DNA of 64,000 nucleotides from Candidatus Iainarchaeum sp. (GTDB lineage: Archaea; Iainarchaeota; Iainarchaeia; Iainarchaeales; 0-14-0-20-34-12). Below, piece by piece: positions 27,994 through 37,266 of this stretch. Each line of letters starts with the position of its first letter. Position 1 is the stretch's first letter. The stretch spans positions 4,541 through 68,540 of the forward strand of contig JAUSKK010000016.1 in the NCBI GenBank assembly GCA_030649345.1. Direction: 5' to 3'. The position numbers and the translations under genes were made by a program. The notes below the pieces were generated by a model that was not told the origin of the DNA, did no database searches, and saw nothing but the letters and a program-made list of their open reading frames with translations.

Positions 27994-28511
27994 TGAAGTT
28001 CAGTCTCCAGTTCAGCTAGATAATAACGATAAATTTTTCCATCTTTGAATGTTAAAAACATTCTACGCCCTTTGTTTTGTTTGCCTGTATTTGAATTAAA
28101 CGTATTTCCCAATTTTTGTTCGCTGACTAAACTGAACTGGTTTTCTGAAAAAGTGTATTCTTTTAAAGTTAGTTTCCATTTCCAGTTTGCCGGCAAGCTT
28201 GAGTTAATTAATCGAGTCAATAAATCTGCGTTTAAGCTTTCCAATGCATTTCGTTCATCCAATAAGTCTAAAGTATCATTAATTCTTTTCTGAACATTGA
28301 TGGTCCCCAAACTGTTTTTTTCATTGAATGAATAGTTTGCCAAAAGAGTATATAAGGAAATAAAAATAATCATGGCTAAGACTGCATCCAAGATTAACGC
28401 ATATCCTTTATTGGAATAGCGTAAACGTAAATTGTGCGATTTCTCCATTATATTCCACGGTCCTTTGAATCGAAATTTTTTGAATTGCTTGAGTATCTGA
28501 AATGGGCGCAA
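27990..28511 (-). CDS. pilin-like protein (class III signal peptide; true start possibly the internal Met at 28448)
   Basis: RYSNKG|YALILDAVLAMIIFISLY. Confidence 0.45.
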   Translation of the reverse strand: MRPFQILKQFKKFRFKGPWNIMEKSHNLRLRYSNKGYALILDAVLAMIIFISLYTLLANYSFNEKNSLGTINVQKRINDTLDLLDERNALESLNADLLTRLINSSLPANWKWKLTLKEYTFSENQFSLVSEQKLGNTFNSNTGKQNKGRRMFLTFKDGKIYRYYLAELETELQ

Positions 28512-28893
28512 ATTTTAGCAATTCAATTCCATTTTGTTCTAATTTTAATTCAAATTGGTATTCTTCGATATTCATTTTTTGCTTTAATGTTTCGTAATTT
28601 GAGTCTGTAAATGCATTCCATTTTTCTAAATAAATTATTCGCTTTTCATTTACTAAAGAAGGCGTATTGTAATCTGCCTGCAAATGCCAGTTTTCTGGAT
28701 TTCCAGACTGCATAATTAATACTTCTGCAATTTCCAATGCTTTAACTTCCAATCCATAGGCTTGAGATTGCCGGTTCATTTTGGTTAATTCATTGTTAAA
28801 ACTAACCACAGTAATGCCTACCATAATTACAATCACTATGACTGAAAAAAACAAATCAATGCTTTCAATTTGCGCTTTATTATTTTTAACCAA
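28408..28893 (-). CDS. pilin-like protein (class III signal peptide)
   Basis: MVKNNKA|QIESIDLFFSVIVIVIMVGI. Confidence 0.45.
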   Translation of the reverse strand: MVKNNKAQIESIDLFFSVIVIVIMVGITVVSFNNELTKMNRQSQAYGLEVKALEIAEVLIMQSGNPENWHLQADYNTPSLVNEKRIIYLEKWNAFTDSNYETLKQKMNIEEYQFELKLEQNGIELLKFAPISDTQAIQKISIQRTVEYNGEIAQFTFTLFQ

Positions 28894-29257
28894 ATACCAA
28901 CACCTTGTTTTGATTGGTTATAGTTATATTTCCTGAACCATTGTATTGTCCTTGAAGAACAGCGGCATGAGTACAACTAGCTCCCTGTAAAGCATTTTCG
29001 TCTTTGTTTACAAACACCAGTTGTGCAGTGATGACTACATTGAAATCATTGGCAATAATACTTTGAGTTCTATTTCCTCCCGCATACACACTATTAAGCT
29101 GGGCACTGATTTTTTCACAGCCTATTTTTAGTTCAAAATTTTTGACTGCATTATTTCGCTGAATATCTCCTTGGCCTACATAACTAAGAATGACTGCAAA
29201 AAACAATAAGAGTACAACAAATGCAATTAGCATTTCCATAGATACTTGTCCGCGCAT
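28886..29257 (-). CDS. archaeal type IV pilin-like protein
   Basis: MRG|QVSMEMLIAFVVLLLFFAVIL. Confidence 0.55.
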   Translation of the reverse strand: MRGQVSMEMLIAFVVLLLFFAVILSYVGQGDIQRNNAVKNFELKIGCEKISAQLNSVYAGGNRTQSIIANDFNVVITAQLVFVNKDENALQGASCTHAAVLQGQYNGSGNITITNQNKVLVFG

Positions 29258-29337
29258 AAAATTCTCTCAGTATGTTGAATATTAAGTAATTCAATATATT
29301 TAAATCAAAATGATCTTTTAATTGTTCAACATACTGA

Positions 29338-30765
29338 CTAAGGAAATCCACTGCTGGTATATATCGTTCCGTCACTGAAATTATAATCCAAAGTAACCAC
29401 TTCGCCTACATCGTCAATATCGCCATCAAATTCTAACCTGTTTCCATTACTTTGGTAAACTGTTTGTTTGGGAATATTGAAATCTGTAATATTAATCCAA
29501 GTACCTGTGCTTGCACTTCCACTGAAAACTTGCTGGCCGTTTAATCTAATTTTTTCAATTCGATTGCTTGGATCATTGGTCCAACTGACTTTCATGTGGG
29601 TAATTGTTGTCGTTGCACAATTGCTGGCATTTTCCATGCCCCAATTTCGAATAATTTCTCCGCCTTCAGTGTACTGTGCAGTGCTCCAACTATGCACAAA
29701 GTTTCCATTGGCATTGGAACCATTTACCGCAAATACATTTTGGTCGGTTACAGTATTAATTTTTTTTCCAGTGGCTTGAATGTTCCAATTTCCTTGATTT
29801 CCGCTATTGCAGGAGAGTACAAATGAACTTTGATAAAATCCATCAGCTGTTGTTTTTTCTAATTCTTGATTGACTGTACTTCCTGCTGGATTTTTCAAAA
29901 AAGTATTCAAGTCAGCATTCATTAAGCTTCCGTTTTCATCTGCAGTTCGAACTTCAAAAAATACAGTGTCTCCAAATACAAAACTATTGGCAGGTCCAGT
30001 ATATCCTGAATCACCATAGGTTAGAACATTGACATCTCCCAATTCTTGTCCTACATTAATTTGAATCCATGCAATGGTTTCCAATCCTTGATTGGATTTA
30101 ATAATAATTGCACCTTCATACATTTTGGTTGCTGCATTGCTGGGCACTGTAATGGTTACTGTAAAAATTCCACTAGTTCCAGAATTCAAACTTGAAGGCA
30201 AATTGCTAATTCCAATCATTCCATTCAAACTTGAATCTATACTGGGTGTAATTCCGTTGACTGTAAGATCCGATAAATTGGCTAAATTGTAATCAGTTTT
30301 CACATACACACTTCCTTGCGTCATTTCTCGTGCAAACAATTCAGGTTGTATACTTAATCCTTGTCCGATTTTGACTGTTCCAGAATTATCCAATTGAATC
30401 AATACATCATAAATTCCAGCAGTCATGGGCAAATATCCTTGAACATTTCCATCGGCTAAATAGGTTGCGGTTCCCCCAGTTCCAGCTCCGTATACTGAAT
30501 ACGTCCAGCCAATTTCTTTTCCAGAAACAATGGATTTTTGTATTCCGGAAGGCAAAGAAATTCGAACTAATTTTTGAGAACCTGGACCTAAAGCATATAC
30601 TTCGTTGGCTGCTTGCGTTAAAGACAAAGCACTTGAGCTTAAGGACTCGAATTGAATCTTTTTTTGTGCAATATCGTTGCTGACACTAAACAAAAAGCCA
30701 ACTACAAATATTACAAAAGCCACAATAAACAAGTATTCTACAGATGATTGTGCACGAAATTTCAT
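29338..30765 (-). CDS. large pilin-like protein (475 aa) with class III signal peptide
   Basis: MKFRA|QSSVEYLFIVAFVIFVVGFL. Confidence 0.55.
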   Translation of the reverse strand: MKFRAQSSVEYLFIVAFVIFVVGFLFSVSNDIAQKKIQFESLSSSALSLTQAANEVYALGPGSQKLVRISLPSGIQKSIVSGKEIGWTYSVYGAGTGGTATYLADGNVQGYLPMTAGIYDVLIQLDNSGTVKIGQGLSIQPELFAREMTQGSVYVKTDYNLANLSDLTVNGITPSIDSSLNGMIGISNLPSSLNSGTSGIFTVTITVPSNAATKMYEGAIIIKSNQGLETIAWIQINVGQELGDVNVLTYGDSGYTGPANSFVFGDTVFFEVRTADENGSLMNADLNTFLKNPAGSTVNQELEKTTADGFYQSSFVLSCNSGNQGNWNIQATGKKINTVTDQNVFAVNGSNANGNFVHSWSTAQYTEGGEIIRNWGMENASNCATTTITHMKVSWTNDPSNRIEKIRLNGQQVFSGSASTGTWINITDFNIPKQTVYQSNGNRLEFDGDIDDVGEVVTLDYNFSDGTIYTSSGFP

Positions 30766-30834
30766 ATACTGAATAAAAGAATTTAATCAATTTAATTGTT
30801 CCGTTCAATGGGTTGAACGTGGATATATGTTGAT

Positions 30835-31257
30835 TTAGTCTCGTCCAAATTCTTCTGCAGGAATTTTTCGGTCAATGTCAAATTGTTCTCTTAACAATCG
30901 CTTGGCTATTAATTGTTCAGCTTTACTAATTTGGGTGCCGCCATCTACAATTCGTTCCAGCAATCCAATGGCTCTCCGGTCTTTTCGCATGGCAAATCCA
31001 TAGGTTCCCTGAAATCTATGTTCAAAAAAAAGCATTTTGCGTTCATCTACAGTAAACCTTTTTCCAATTTCAGCTTGTCTTCCTAAATCTTTTAAAACTT
31101 CATCAAAAGGAGAACTTTCTTTGGAAACTTTTCGTTCTGTTGTTCCAGCTACTGGGCTTCTTACACTTCTACTTGCACTAGGGTTTCCAGTTCTTTCTGG
31201 TTTTGCTTTTCCTACAGGTTTATGCATATGCACTTGCATTACTGGTCGTTTCATCAA
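30835..31257 (-). CDS. hypothetical Arg/Gly/Ala-rich protein; compositional outlier (higher GC)
   Basis: ORF track. Composition unlike the neighbouring proteome. Confidence 0.4.
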   Translation of the reverse strand: MMKRPVMQVHMHKPVGKAKPERTGNPSASRSVRSPVAGTTERKVSKESSPFDEVLKDLGRQAEIGKRFTVDERKMLFFEHRFQGTYGFAMRKDRRAIGLLERIVDGGTQISKAEQLIAKRLLREQFDIDRKIPAEEFGRD

Positions 31258-31336
31258 AATTCCTCATTAAATTTTTCACTGAATAAACTTAATTTATGAC
31301 TTTCTTTTTTTATTTCTATTCTATTGATTTTTTGTT

Positions 31337-32671
31337 TTAAATTTCAATCTTTTCTTTCAGTGCTGGAACAAATGCTTGTACTTTTGCTTTTTTTTCTAAT
31401 TCTTTTTGTAATTCCAGTCCTTTGCTTTCTTCTCCGTGTACCAAAAATACTTGTTTGGGTTTGATTTTATTCACAAACTCCAGCAGTCCTTTGTAATCCG
31501 AGTGTCCTGAAAACTTAACTTGTTTCACACAGCAATTGACTTCTATTTTTTTTCCATTTTTTAATTCAATTTCTTTTTCTCCATCCAATAGTTGTCTTCC
31601 AATGGTTCCATGTACTTGGTATCCTGCAATTACAATGCAATGTCTTTGTTCGGGTGCCATGTGTTCAAAATATTTAACGCTGGGCCCGGCGCTTAACATT
31701 CCGCTAGTTGCTAAAATTACGGATTGGGGTGTTTCAACTACATCTTTTTTATGAAATGTTTTCGGTTTTTTAATAACTTTGTCTTTGAATGGATCGTCAT
31801 CCGCTGTTAAAATTCTGTTCGGAATTTCTTTTTTCAGCCAAATTACATTATGTCTGCAAATTCGATTGGCTCTAGTAATCATTCCATCTACAAACAAATT
31901 TAATTCAGGCAAATATTTTGAACGTACATAATTGGTGACTGCAAACATAATTTCTTGTCCTCTTCCGACAGCAAAAGCTGGGACCAAAACATTTCCGTTT
32001 CGTGCAAAAGTTTCTTTAATAATATCCGCCAATTCTTTACTGGCCTTTTGCAAACTAGGCAAAGAATCTTGTTTTCCTCCATACGTGCTTTCCATAATCA
32101 AAGCATCTATTGTTTGATTCGGAATTTCGGCTCCATCCAATAAGTGCGTTTCTCGTATATTGAAGTCTCCAGTGTACAATAACTTTTTTCCATTGTTTTC
32201 CACTAAAATCATACAGCTTCCTGGAATATGTCCTGCATTAAAAAACTCAATGAAAATTTTTGGAAAAACCTCAATTCTTTCCCGATACTCTAACAAACTA
32301 ACTTGTTCTAAGGTTTGTTCAATTCCTTGATTGGAGTAACAGTCTGCTTCTTGTTCTTTTGCAATCTTTAAAGCATCGCTTAACAATAAATGCATTAAAT
32401 CTCTCGTAGGCTTAGTGCAATAAATTTTTCCAGTAAAACCAGCTTCAACCAAAAACGGAATATATCCTGAATGATCTAAATGTGCATGGCTTACAATAAT
32501 GCAGTCCATATTTTTTGCTTTCTTGATAATTCCAACTGGAAATCGTTGTTCAGGCAATTGCGAGCCTAAATTAATTCCGCAATCCAATAAAATATTTTTT
32601 CCATTTGCTTCCAGCAAAAAACAACTTCTTCCCACTTCTCGGACAGCACCTAAAAAAGAAATCTTCATCAA
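31337..32671 (-). CDS. beta-CASP metallo-beta-lactamase family ribonuclease (aCPSF2/RNase J-like)
   Basis: HxHxDH motif (SHAHLDHSG). About 440 aa. C-terminal beta-CASP-type His (FSGHSD...LVHGE). Confidence 0.7.
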   Translation of the reverse strand: MMKISFLGAVREVGRSCFLLEANGKNILLDCGINLGSQLPEQRFPVGIIKKAKNMDCIIVSHAHLDHSGYIPFLVEAGFTGKIYCTKPTRDLMHLLLSDALKIAKEQEADCYSNQGIEQTLEQVSLLEYRERIEVFPKIFIEFFNAGHIPGSCMILVENNGKKLLYTGDFNIRETHLLDGAEIPNQTIDALIMESTYGGKQDSLPSLQKASKELADIIKETFARNGNVLVPAFAVGRGQEIMFAVTNYVRSKYLPELNLFVDGMITRANRICRHNVIWLKKEIPNRILTADDDPFKDKVIKKPKTFHKKDVVETPQSVILATSGMLSAGPSVKYFEHMAPEQRHCIVIAGYQVHGTIGRQLLDGEKEIELKNGKKIEVNCCVKQVKFSGHSDYKGLLEFVNKIKPKQVFLVHGEESKGLELQKELEKKAKVQAFVPALKEKIEI

Positions 32672-33294
32672 TATTCATCCGCCAAAGGTGCAAATACAAA
32701 TTTTCCATTCCGATAACCAACCAATACTAAATTTTGTGGAGTAATCTCTGTTCGTTCTCTAATCTGTACTAATGCAATCAGCAAACGTCTTCCATCCAGA
32801 TTATGCTTGCGTTGAATTTTTTCAAAAAATTTAGTGCCTCGAAGAGTCGGTTCTGATTTGCCCCCAATGCCTAAAATTTCCATGACCGGTATGCCGTGTG
32901 TTTTTCCCATGGCAATTAATTCTTTACTAATTGCATAAGCATTCAATGGCAATAATTGATATAGTTTCGATTTGTATTTTCGATTATGATCCCGGATTCT
33001 TTTTTTGATAAAGTCAATGGTTTCTTGCGCTGTGAACTGGAGTTCATTAACTGAATCTATTCCCATTCTTTGAACTCGCTTAATTACAATTCTTCGCGTT
33101 TTCGGAAAATTTCTGGAAACATTCATTTCACGTATTCGATAACCCCAGTCTCTGGTGCTTGTTGGATCTTGATTAAATGGATTGGTTCCTTGTCTGGGAT
33201 CAATGTTTTTCATTCTGCGCAATCTTGTATCTATTTTAGGCGCTGCTTTTTTCAAGCGTTTAATCAGTTTTTTCGGCAAAATTCGAGTAACCAT
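32668..33294 (-). CDS. hypothetical basic protein
   Basis: ORF track. 4-nt overlap with the upstream RNase gene, suggesting an operon. Confidence 0.4.
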   Translation of the reverse strand: MVTRILPKKLIKRLKKAAPKIDTRLRRMKNIDPRQGTNPFNQDPTSTRDWGYRIREMNVSRNFPKTRRIVIKRVQRMGIDSVNELQFTAQETIDFIKKRIRDHNRKYKSKLYQLLPLNAYAISKELIAMGKTHGIPVMEILGIGGKSEPTLRGTKFFEKIQRKHNLDGRRLLIALVQIRERTEITPQNLVLVGYRNGKFVFAPLADEY

Positions 33295-33354
33295 TTCAAT
33301 CCTATCAATACTTCAAACGCATTATTTAAGCCTATTTTGGTTGGCTTATTGAGT

Positions 33355-33945
33355 ATGACTGAAGAACCAATTCAACCTGAACTAAAGCTATACCGTGCTT
33401 TATTGGAAAAATATGCTGATATTATTAATGAACATGAACGCAAAACCATTGGGCAATTAAAAGCTTTAGTCAATCCAGAAAACTTAAGCATTCAAGCCTT
33501 GCTGTCAGATTTTCTGCCAGAAAATTATTCGTTTGAACAAGATTATTTAACTGTTTTAGAAAAAGTGTACACTTATTTAAAAAATGAAGTTCAATGCATC
33601 AAAACAGATTTGAATATTAATTATTGGATGTCGACTGAAGAAATTTTGCAACACCAAGTTGCAGATGACGAAGACATTGCAGTTTTATTGTGCGCTTGCA
33701 TGCATGCCTTAGGTGACAAACAAGCTTTTGTCACAATTGCTGAATTATCCAATCTAAGCACGCATGCTTTTGTTTTAACTGAATACAAAGATCAAGCTTT
33801 GCTGTTAGATTTGTTTCAAAAATATGAATTTCAAAAATTTTTTGGAACCAAAGTTACAGTTTTAGAAAATTATACTTTCGAAGAAACAGCCATTAAACAA
33901 TTCATGTACCAATTCAATCACTTTGAATACAAGCAGTTTCTCTAA
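33355..33945 (+). CDS. hypothetical protein (196 aa from the internal ATG of track ORF 33070..33945)
   Basis: The upstream part of the track ORF overlaps the minus-strand gene, so the ATG at 33355 is the likely start. Confidence 0.4.
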   Translation: MTEEPIQPELKLYRALLEKYADIINEHERKTIGQLKALVNPENLSIQALLSDFLPENYSFEQDYLTVLEKVYTYLKNEVQCIKTDLNINYWMSTEEILQHQVADDEDIAVLLCACMHALGDKQAFVTIAELSNLSTHAFVLTEYKDQALLLDLFQKYEFQKFFGTKVTVLENYTFEETAIKQFMYQFNHFEYKQFL

Positions 33946-33948
33946 ACC

Positions 33949-33971
33949 TAAACCGCGGAAACCTGCGGTTT
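33949..33971. terminator. GC-rich hairpin between convergent genes
   Basis: taaaccgc-ggaaacct-gcggttt, a 7-bp stem. Confidence 0.4.
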
Positions 33972-34028
33972 CCCCAGTTCCAAGTTCCTCCTGACCCTTC
34001 CCTTATTGGTCTTTCTATTTTTTTAAAA

Positions 34029-34652
34029 TTAGCGTGCCGGCCTGAATCGTTTAATGGTGCCAACATCTAAAATATACAAACTTCCAGTTTTGGTCTTAGG
34101 GTCTAACTCAATTGTAAATGCTTCCATAGGAATTACCCAGCCATTTTTTGCAGCTAGTGTGACTGCTGTTTGAATTTGTTTTTGAATCACTGGATAATTT
34201 TTAATTCCACGAAAAGTTCCTGCCTGTTCCATTAACACCAGCAAAGAATTCGCTCCAGCCGGCCAGTGATTTTCTGGCAACTCAATAAATCTTCCAGGAT
34301 TTAAGTCCATTAATTTTTTTCCTTTTAATCCCAATCGTGTTAAAATTAAACTGGCAGCTCCAGAACTGTTAACTTTTAATCGTACTGTTCTCGGAAAAAG
34401 TTTTCTAGGTAAAAATCCCATCAAGCTTTTGAATGTTAAATAATCCTGCGAAGCTGTAGTTTTATGCGAAGGCGGATTTTCATGATATCTTTTTTCAGCT
34501 AAACTAACTCGATGTTTTCCTCTTCTATATTCCAAAGCTTCAACAACCCCTTGTCCACCGCGTCCAATTTCTCTTCCCTGAACAATACTTCCCTTCAAAG
34601 TATTTCTTCTTCCGCCTGCTAAATGAAATCCTCGTAGTTTACGTGCCTGCAT
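34029..34652 (-). CDS. small protein-kinase-fold-like protein (atypical; RIO/Bud32-like traits), paralog A
   Basis: Gly-rich loop GRGGQGVV. LAEK Lys. HGW...N replaces HGD...N. DVG replaces DFG (LYILDVGTIKR). Paralogous to 35142..35696. Confidence 0.4.
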   Translation of the reverse strand: MQARKLRGFHLAGGRRNTLKGSIVQGREIGRGGQGVVEALEYRRGKHRVSLAEKRYHENPPSHKTTASQDYLTFKSLMGFLPRKLFPRTVRLKVNSSGAASLILTRLGLKGKKLMDLNPGRFIELPENHWPAGANSLLVLMEQAGTFRGIKNYPVIQKQIQTAVTLAAKNGWVIPMEAFTIELDPKTKTGSLYILDVGTIKRFRPAR

Positions 34653-34686
34653 ATATAATTATTCCCTTCAGTTCTTTTTATACTAT

Positions 34687-35139
34687 ATGATTAAAGAAAA
34701 AAGTGCCGGAATTCTAATCTTTTTCTTAGACGCCCAGCAAACACCCCAATATCTTTTACTGCATTATCCGTTAGGCCATTGGGATTTTCCGAAAGGCCAT
34801 GTAGAACAAAATGAAACTTTAGAAGAAACTGCTCTCCGCGAACTCGAAGAAGAAACCGGAATTTCCAAAAATCAAATTGCAATTATCTCTGGATTTGAAC
34901 AATCTTTATCTTATTCCTATAATCACAGCGGAAAAAAATTCTTCAAAGAAGTAACTTTTTTCTTGGCAAAAACTCAAACTCAAACAGTAAAAATTTCGCG
35001 CGAACACATTAATTTCACTTGGTTGCCGTTTGAATTGGCGTATTCTAAATTAACCTATGAAAATGCTAAAAATATCCTAGAAAAAGCTCACATTTTCCTA
35101 AAACAAAAATTCAGCCAGAAAAAATTAGAGCAATTTTAA
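34687..35139 (+). CDS. NUDIX hydrolase
   Basis: Nudix box GHWDFPKGHVEQNETLEETALRELEEETGI. Confidence 0.75.
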   Translation: MIKEKSAGILIFFLDAQQTPQYLLLHYPLGHWDFPKGHVEQNETLEETALRELEEETGISKNQIAIISGFEQSLSYSYNHSGKKFFKEVTFFLAKTQTQTVKISREHINFTWLPFELAYSKLTYENAKNILEKAHIFLKQKFSQKKLEQF

Positions 35140-35141
35140 TT

Positions 35142-35696
35142 TTATTTTTTAGATTGAATTTTCCGAATACTTCCTAAATCCACAATATATAATTTTCCAT
35201 ATCCTGTGCTTGGATTCCAGTCTGCCATGAATGCATTAAACGGCAAAATAAATCCATGCGCCTTTGCAGTTTCCATAACTGTTTCCATTTCTGTAAATAA
35301 AGCTTTCCTGTTTTTTACTTGACCTAAAACTTCCGAGTATCGTACTTTCCATAAATCCAATACCTGATTTCCATTTCTTCCAAGTTGAGTCATTATCAAA
35401 CTAGGTCTTTTTCCTTTTTCTAACTTTAAACGGACTGTGGGTAAAAATAATTTTTTTGGCAAAAATGTCTGCAAGGCTTTAACCATTTGAAAATCTCTTC
35501 GCGCATTTGTAAACGGATAATAAGTTCTATATTCTTTTTCTGCTAAATGGATTGTATGCTTTCCTTTTGAATACGTAAATTCAAATATAGTTCCATCGTC
35601 TCCGCCTAAATCCAGCATTTTTTTCTGAACTCCTGTATTTCCTGTAATTTTTTTCCTTCCACCCAGTAAGCGAATCTTTGGTTTTGGTTTAAACAT
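35142..35696 (-). CDS. small protein-kinase-fold-like protein, paralog B
   Basis: HLAEKEY, HGFILPFN and LYIVDLGSIRK. Shared FLPKKLF-PTVRLK block with paralog A. Confidence 0.4.
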   Translation of the reverse strand: MFKPKPKIRLLGGRKKITGNTGVQKKMLDLGGDDGTIFEFTYSKGKHTIHLAEKEYRTYYPFTNARRDFQMVKALQTFLPKKLFLPTVRLKLEKGKRPSLIMTQLGRNGNQVLDLWKVRYSEVLGQVKNRKALFTEMETVMETAKAHGFILPFNAFMADWNPSTGYGKLYIVDLGSIRKIQSKK

Positions 35697-35858
35697 TTCA
35701 CAACCTTTTATTCACTAATTTGTGTGCTTTGCTTTAGATTAAAGTTATGGTTTAACTTACTTTCAGGTCTGTATTAGTGCATATTTCAAAATGTTCATAC
35801 TTGCTCATACTGTGTCCTATTCGTTCGCCTATTTAAATTTTCGAATCGTTTTCTTAGT

Positions 35859-37253
35859 ATGGAACAAGTTGTTCAAATTGAACCCACTCTTTTTCGTGAA
35901 TACGATATTCGAGGCATAGTAGATCAAGATTTAACACCGCAAACCATTCAATGGATTGGTCAAGCTTTTGGAACATATTTAAAAAACAAAAAAATTTCTG
36001 ATTGTGTCGTAGGCTTTGATGCCCGTTCGTATTCTGAAAAAGTTTCCAAAGACCTTATTCAAGGTTTACTGAAAACTGGAGTCAATGTTATTTCCATTGG
36101 CACATGTTTAACTCCAATGCTGTATTTTGCTCAATTTAATTTAAATATTTCTGCCGGGGTCATGGTGACAGCTTCGCATAATCCGAATGGCTGGACTGGA
36201 TTCAAACTAAGTTATACTCCGGGTTTGACTTTAGGCACGGAAGAAATTCAAGAACTGCATCAAATGATTTTAAATCAAAACTTTGTTTTCGGAAAAGGAA
36301 TTGAAAAACAAAAGTCTATCACTGAACCGTACATTAAAGAATTGGTTCAAAAAATTAAGCTTAAACAAAAACCCAAAATTGTAGTCAATACCAGAAATGG
36401 AACAGCTGCTTTGTTTGCGCCAGAGTTATTTAAGTTAGCTGGCTGTCAAGTGATTGAACAATTTTGTTCTCTGGATACTTTATTTCCAAACGGAAACCCC
36501 AACCCAAGTTTGCAAGATATGCTGGAAGAAACTGGAAAAAAAGTAATCCACGAAAAAGCAGACTTGGGTTTTGCTTTTGACGGCGATGGAGACAGATTGG
36601 GAATTGTGGATTCTAAAGGTAATCCAATTTATGCTGACAAAATTGCCTGCGTTTTATCCCAGCATATTTTGAAAAAACAACCGTATGCTTCCATTGTATT
36701 TGATGTCAAATGTTCTCAGGCTTTGCCGGATGTTATTGCTCAAAGTAAAGGAATTCCAGTTATGTGGAAAACAGGACATTCGCACATTAAACATAAAGCT
36801 AAAGAAATCAAAGCAGCCTTTGCAGCTGAACGCTCTGGCCATTTCTTTTTCTTTGACAGATACTATGGCTATGATGATGCCTTGTATACTGGTTTGCGTG
36901 TCTTGGAAGTTTTAGAATCTGAAAAAAAATCTTTGCATGAGCTCATTCAACAATTGCCGCATTATGTTACAGCTCCAGTTTATGCTGTAACTTGCAGAGA
37001 CACTGTCAAATATCAAGTGGTTGAAAAAATGGTGAAAAATTTAAAACAAAAATTTCCCAAAGTCAATGACATTAATGGAGCTCGTGTAGAATTTCCAGAC
37101 GGCTTTATGCTGGTGCGCGCTTCCTCCAATGAACCTATCCTGGTTTTAGTATTTGAAGCCAAAAGCGAAAAAAGATTGGAAGAATTTAAAACAATTATGA
37201 AAACAGAATTAAGCCAATATCCTGAAATTGGAAAAGAATGGCATTACAATTAA
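35859..37253 (+). CDS. phosphoglucomutase/phosphomannomutase
   Basis: Active-site TASHNP motif (VTASHNPNGWTGFK). FDGDGDR metal-binding loop. Confidence 0.75.
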   Translation: MEQVVQIEPTLFREYDIRGIVDQDLTPQTIQWIGQAFGTYLKNKKISDCVVGFDARSYSEKVSKDLIQGLLKTGVNVISIGTCLTPMLYFAQFNLNISAGVMVTASHNPNGWTGFKLSYTPGLTLGTEEIQELHQMILNQNFVFGKGIEKQKSITEPYIKELVQKIKLKQKPKIVVNTRNGTAALFAPELFKLAGCQVIEQFCSLDTLFPNGNPNPSLQDMLEETGKKVIHEKADLGFAFDGDGDRLGIVDSKGNPIYADKIACVLSQHILKKQPYASIVFDVKCSQALPDVIAQSKGIPVMWKTGHSHIKHKAKEIKAAFAAERSGHFFFFDRYYGYDDALYTGLRVLEVLESEKKSLHELIQQLPHYVTAPVYAVTCRDTVKYQVVEKMVKNLKQKFPKVNDINGARVEFPDGFMLVRASSNEPILVLVFEAKSEKRLEEFKTIMKTELSQYPEIGKEWHYN

Positions 37254-37266
37254 TGGTGATTAATTT

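Noticed and set aside
33070-33354. N-terminal extension of track ORF 33070..33945
   Set aside because: It overlaps the minus-strand gene 32668..33294. The internal ATG at 33355 gives a non-overlapping start.
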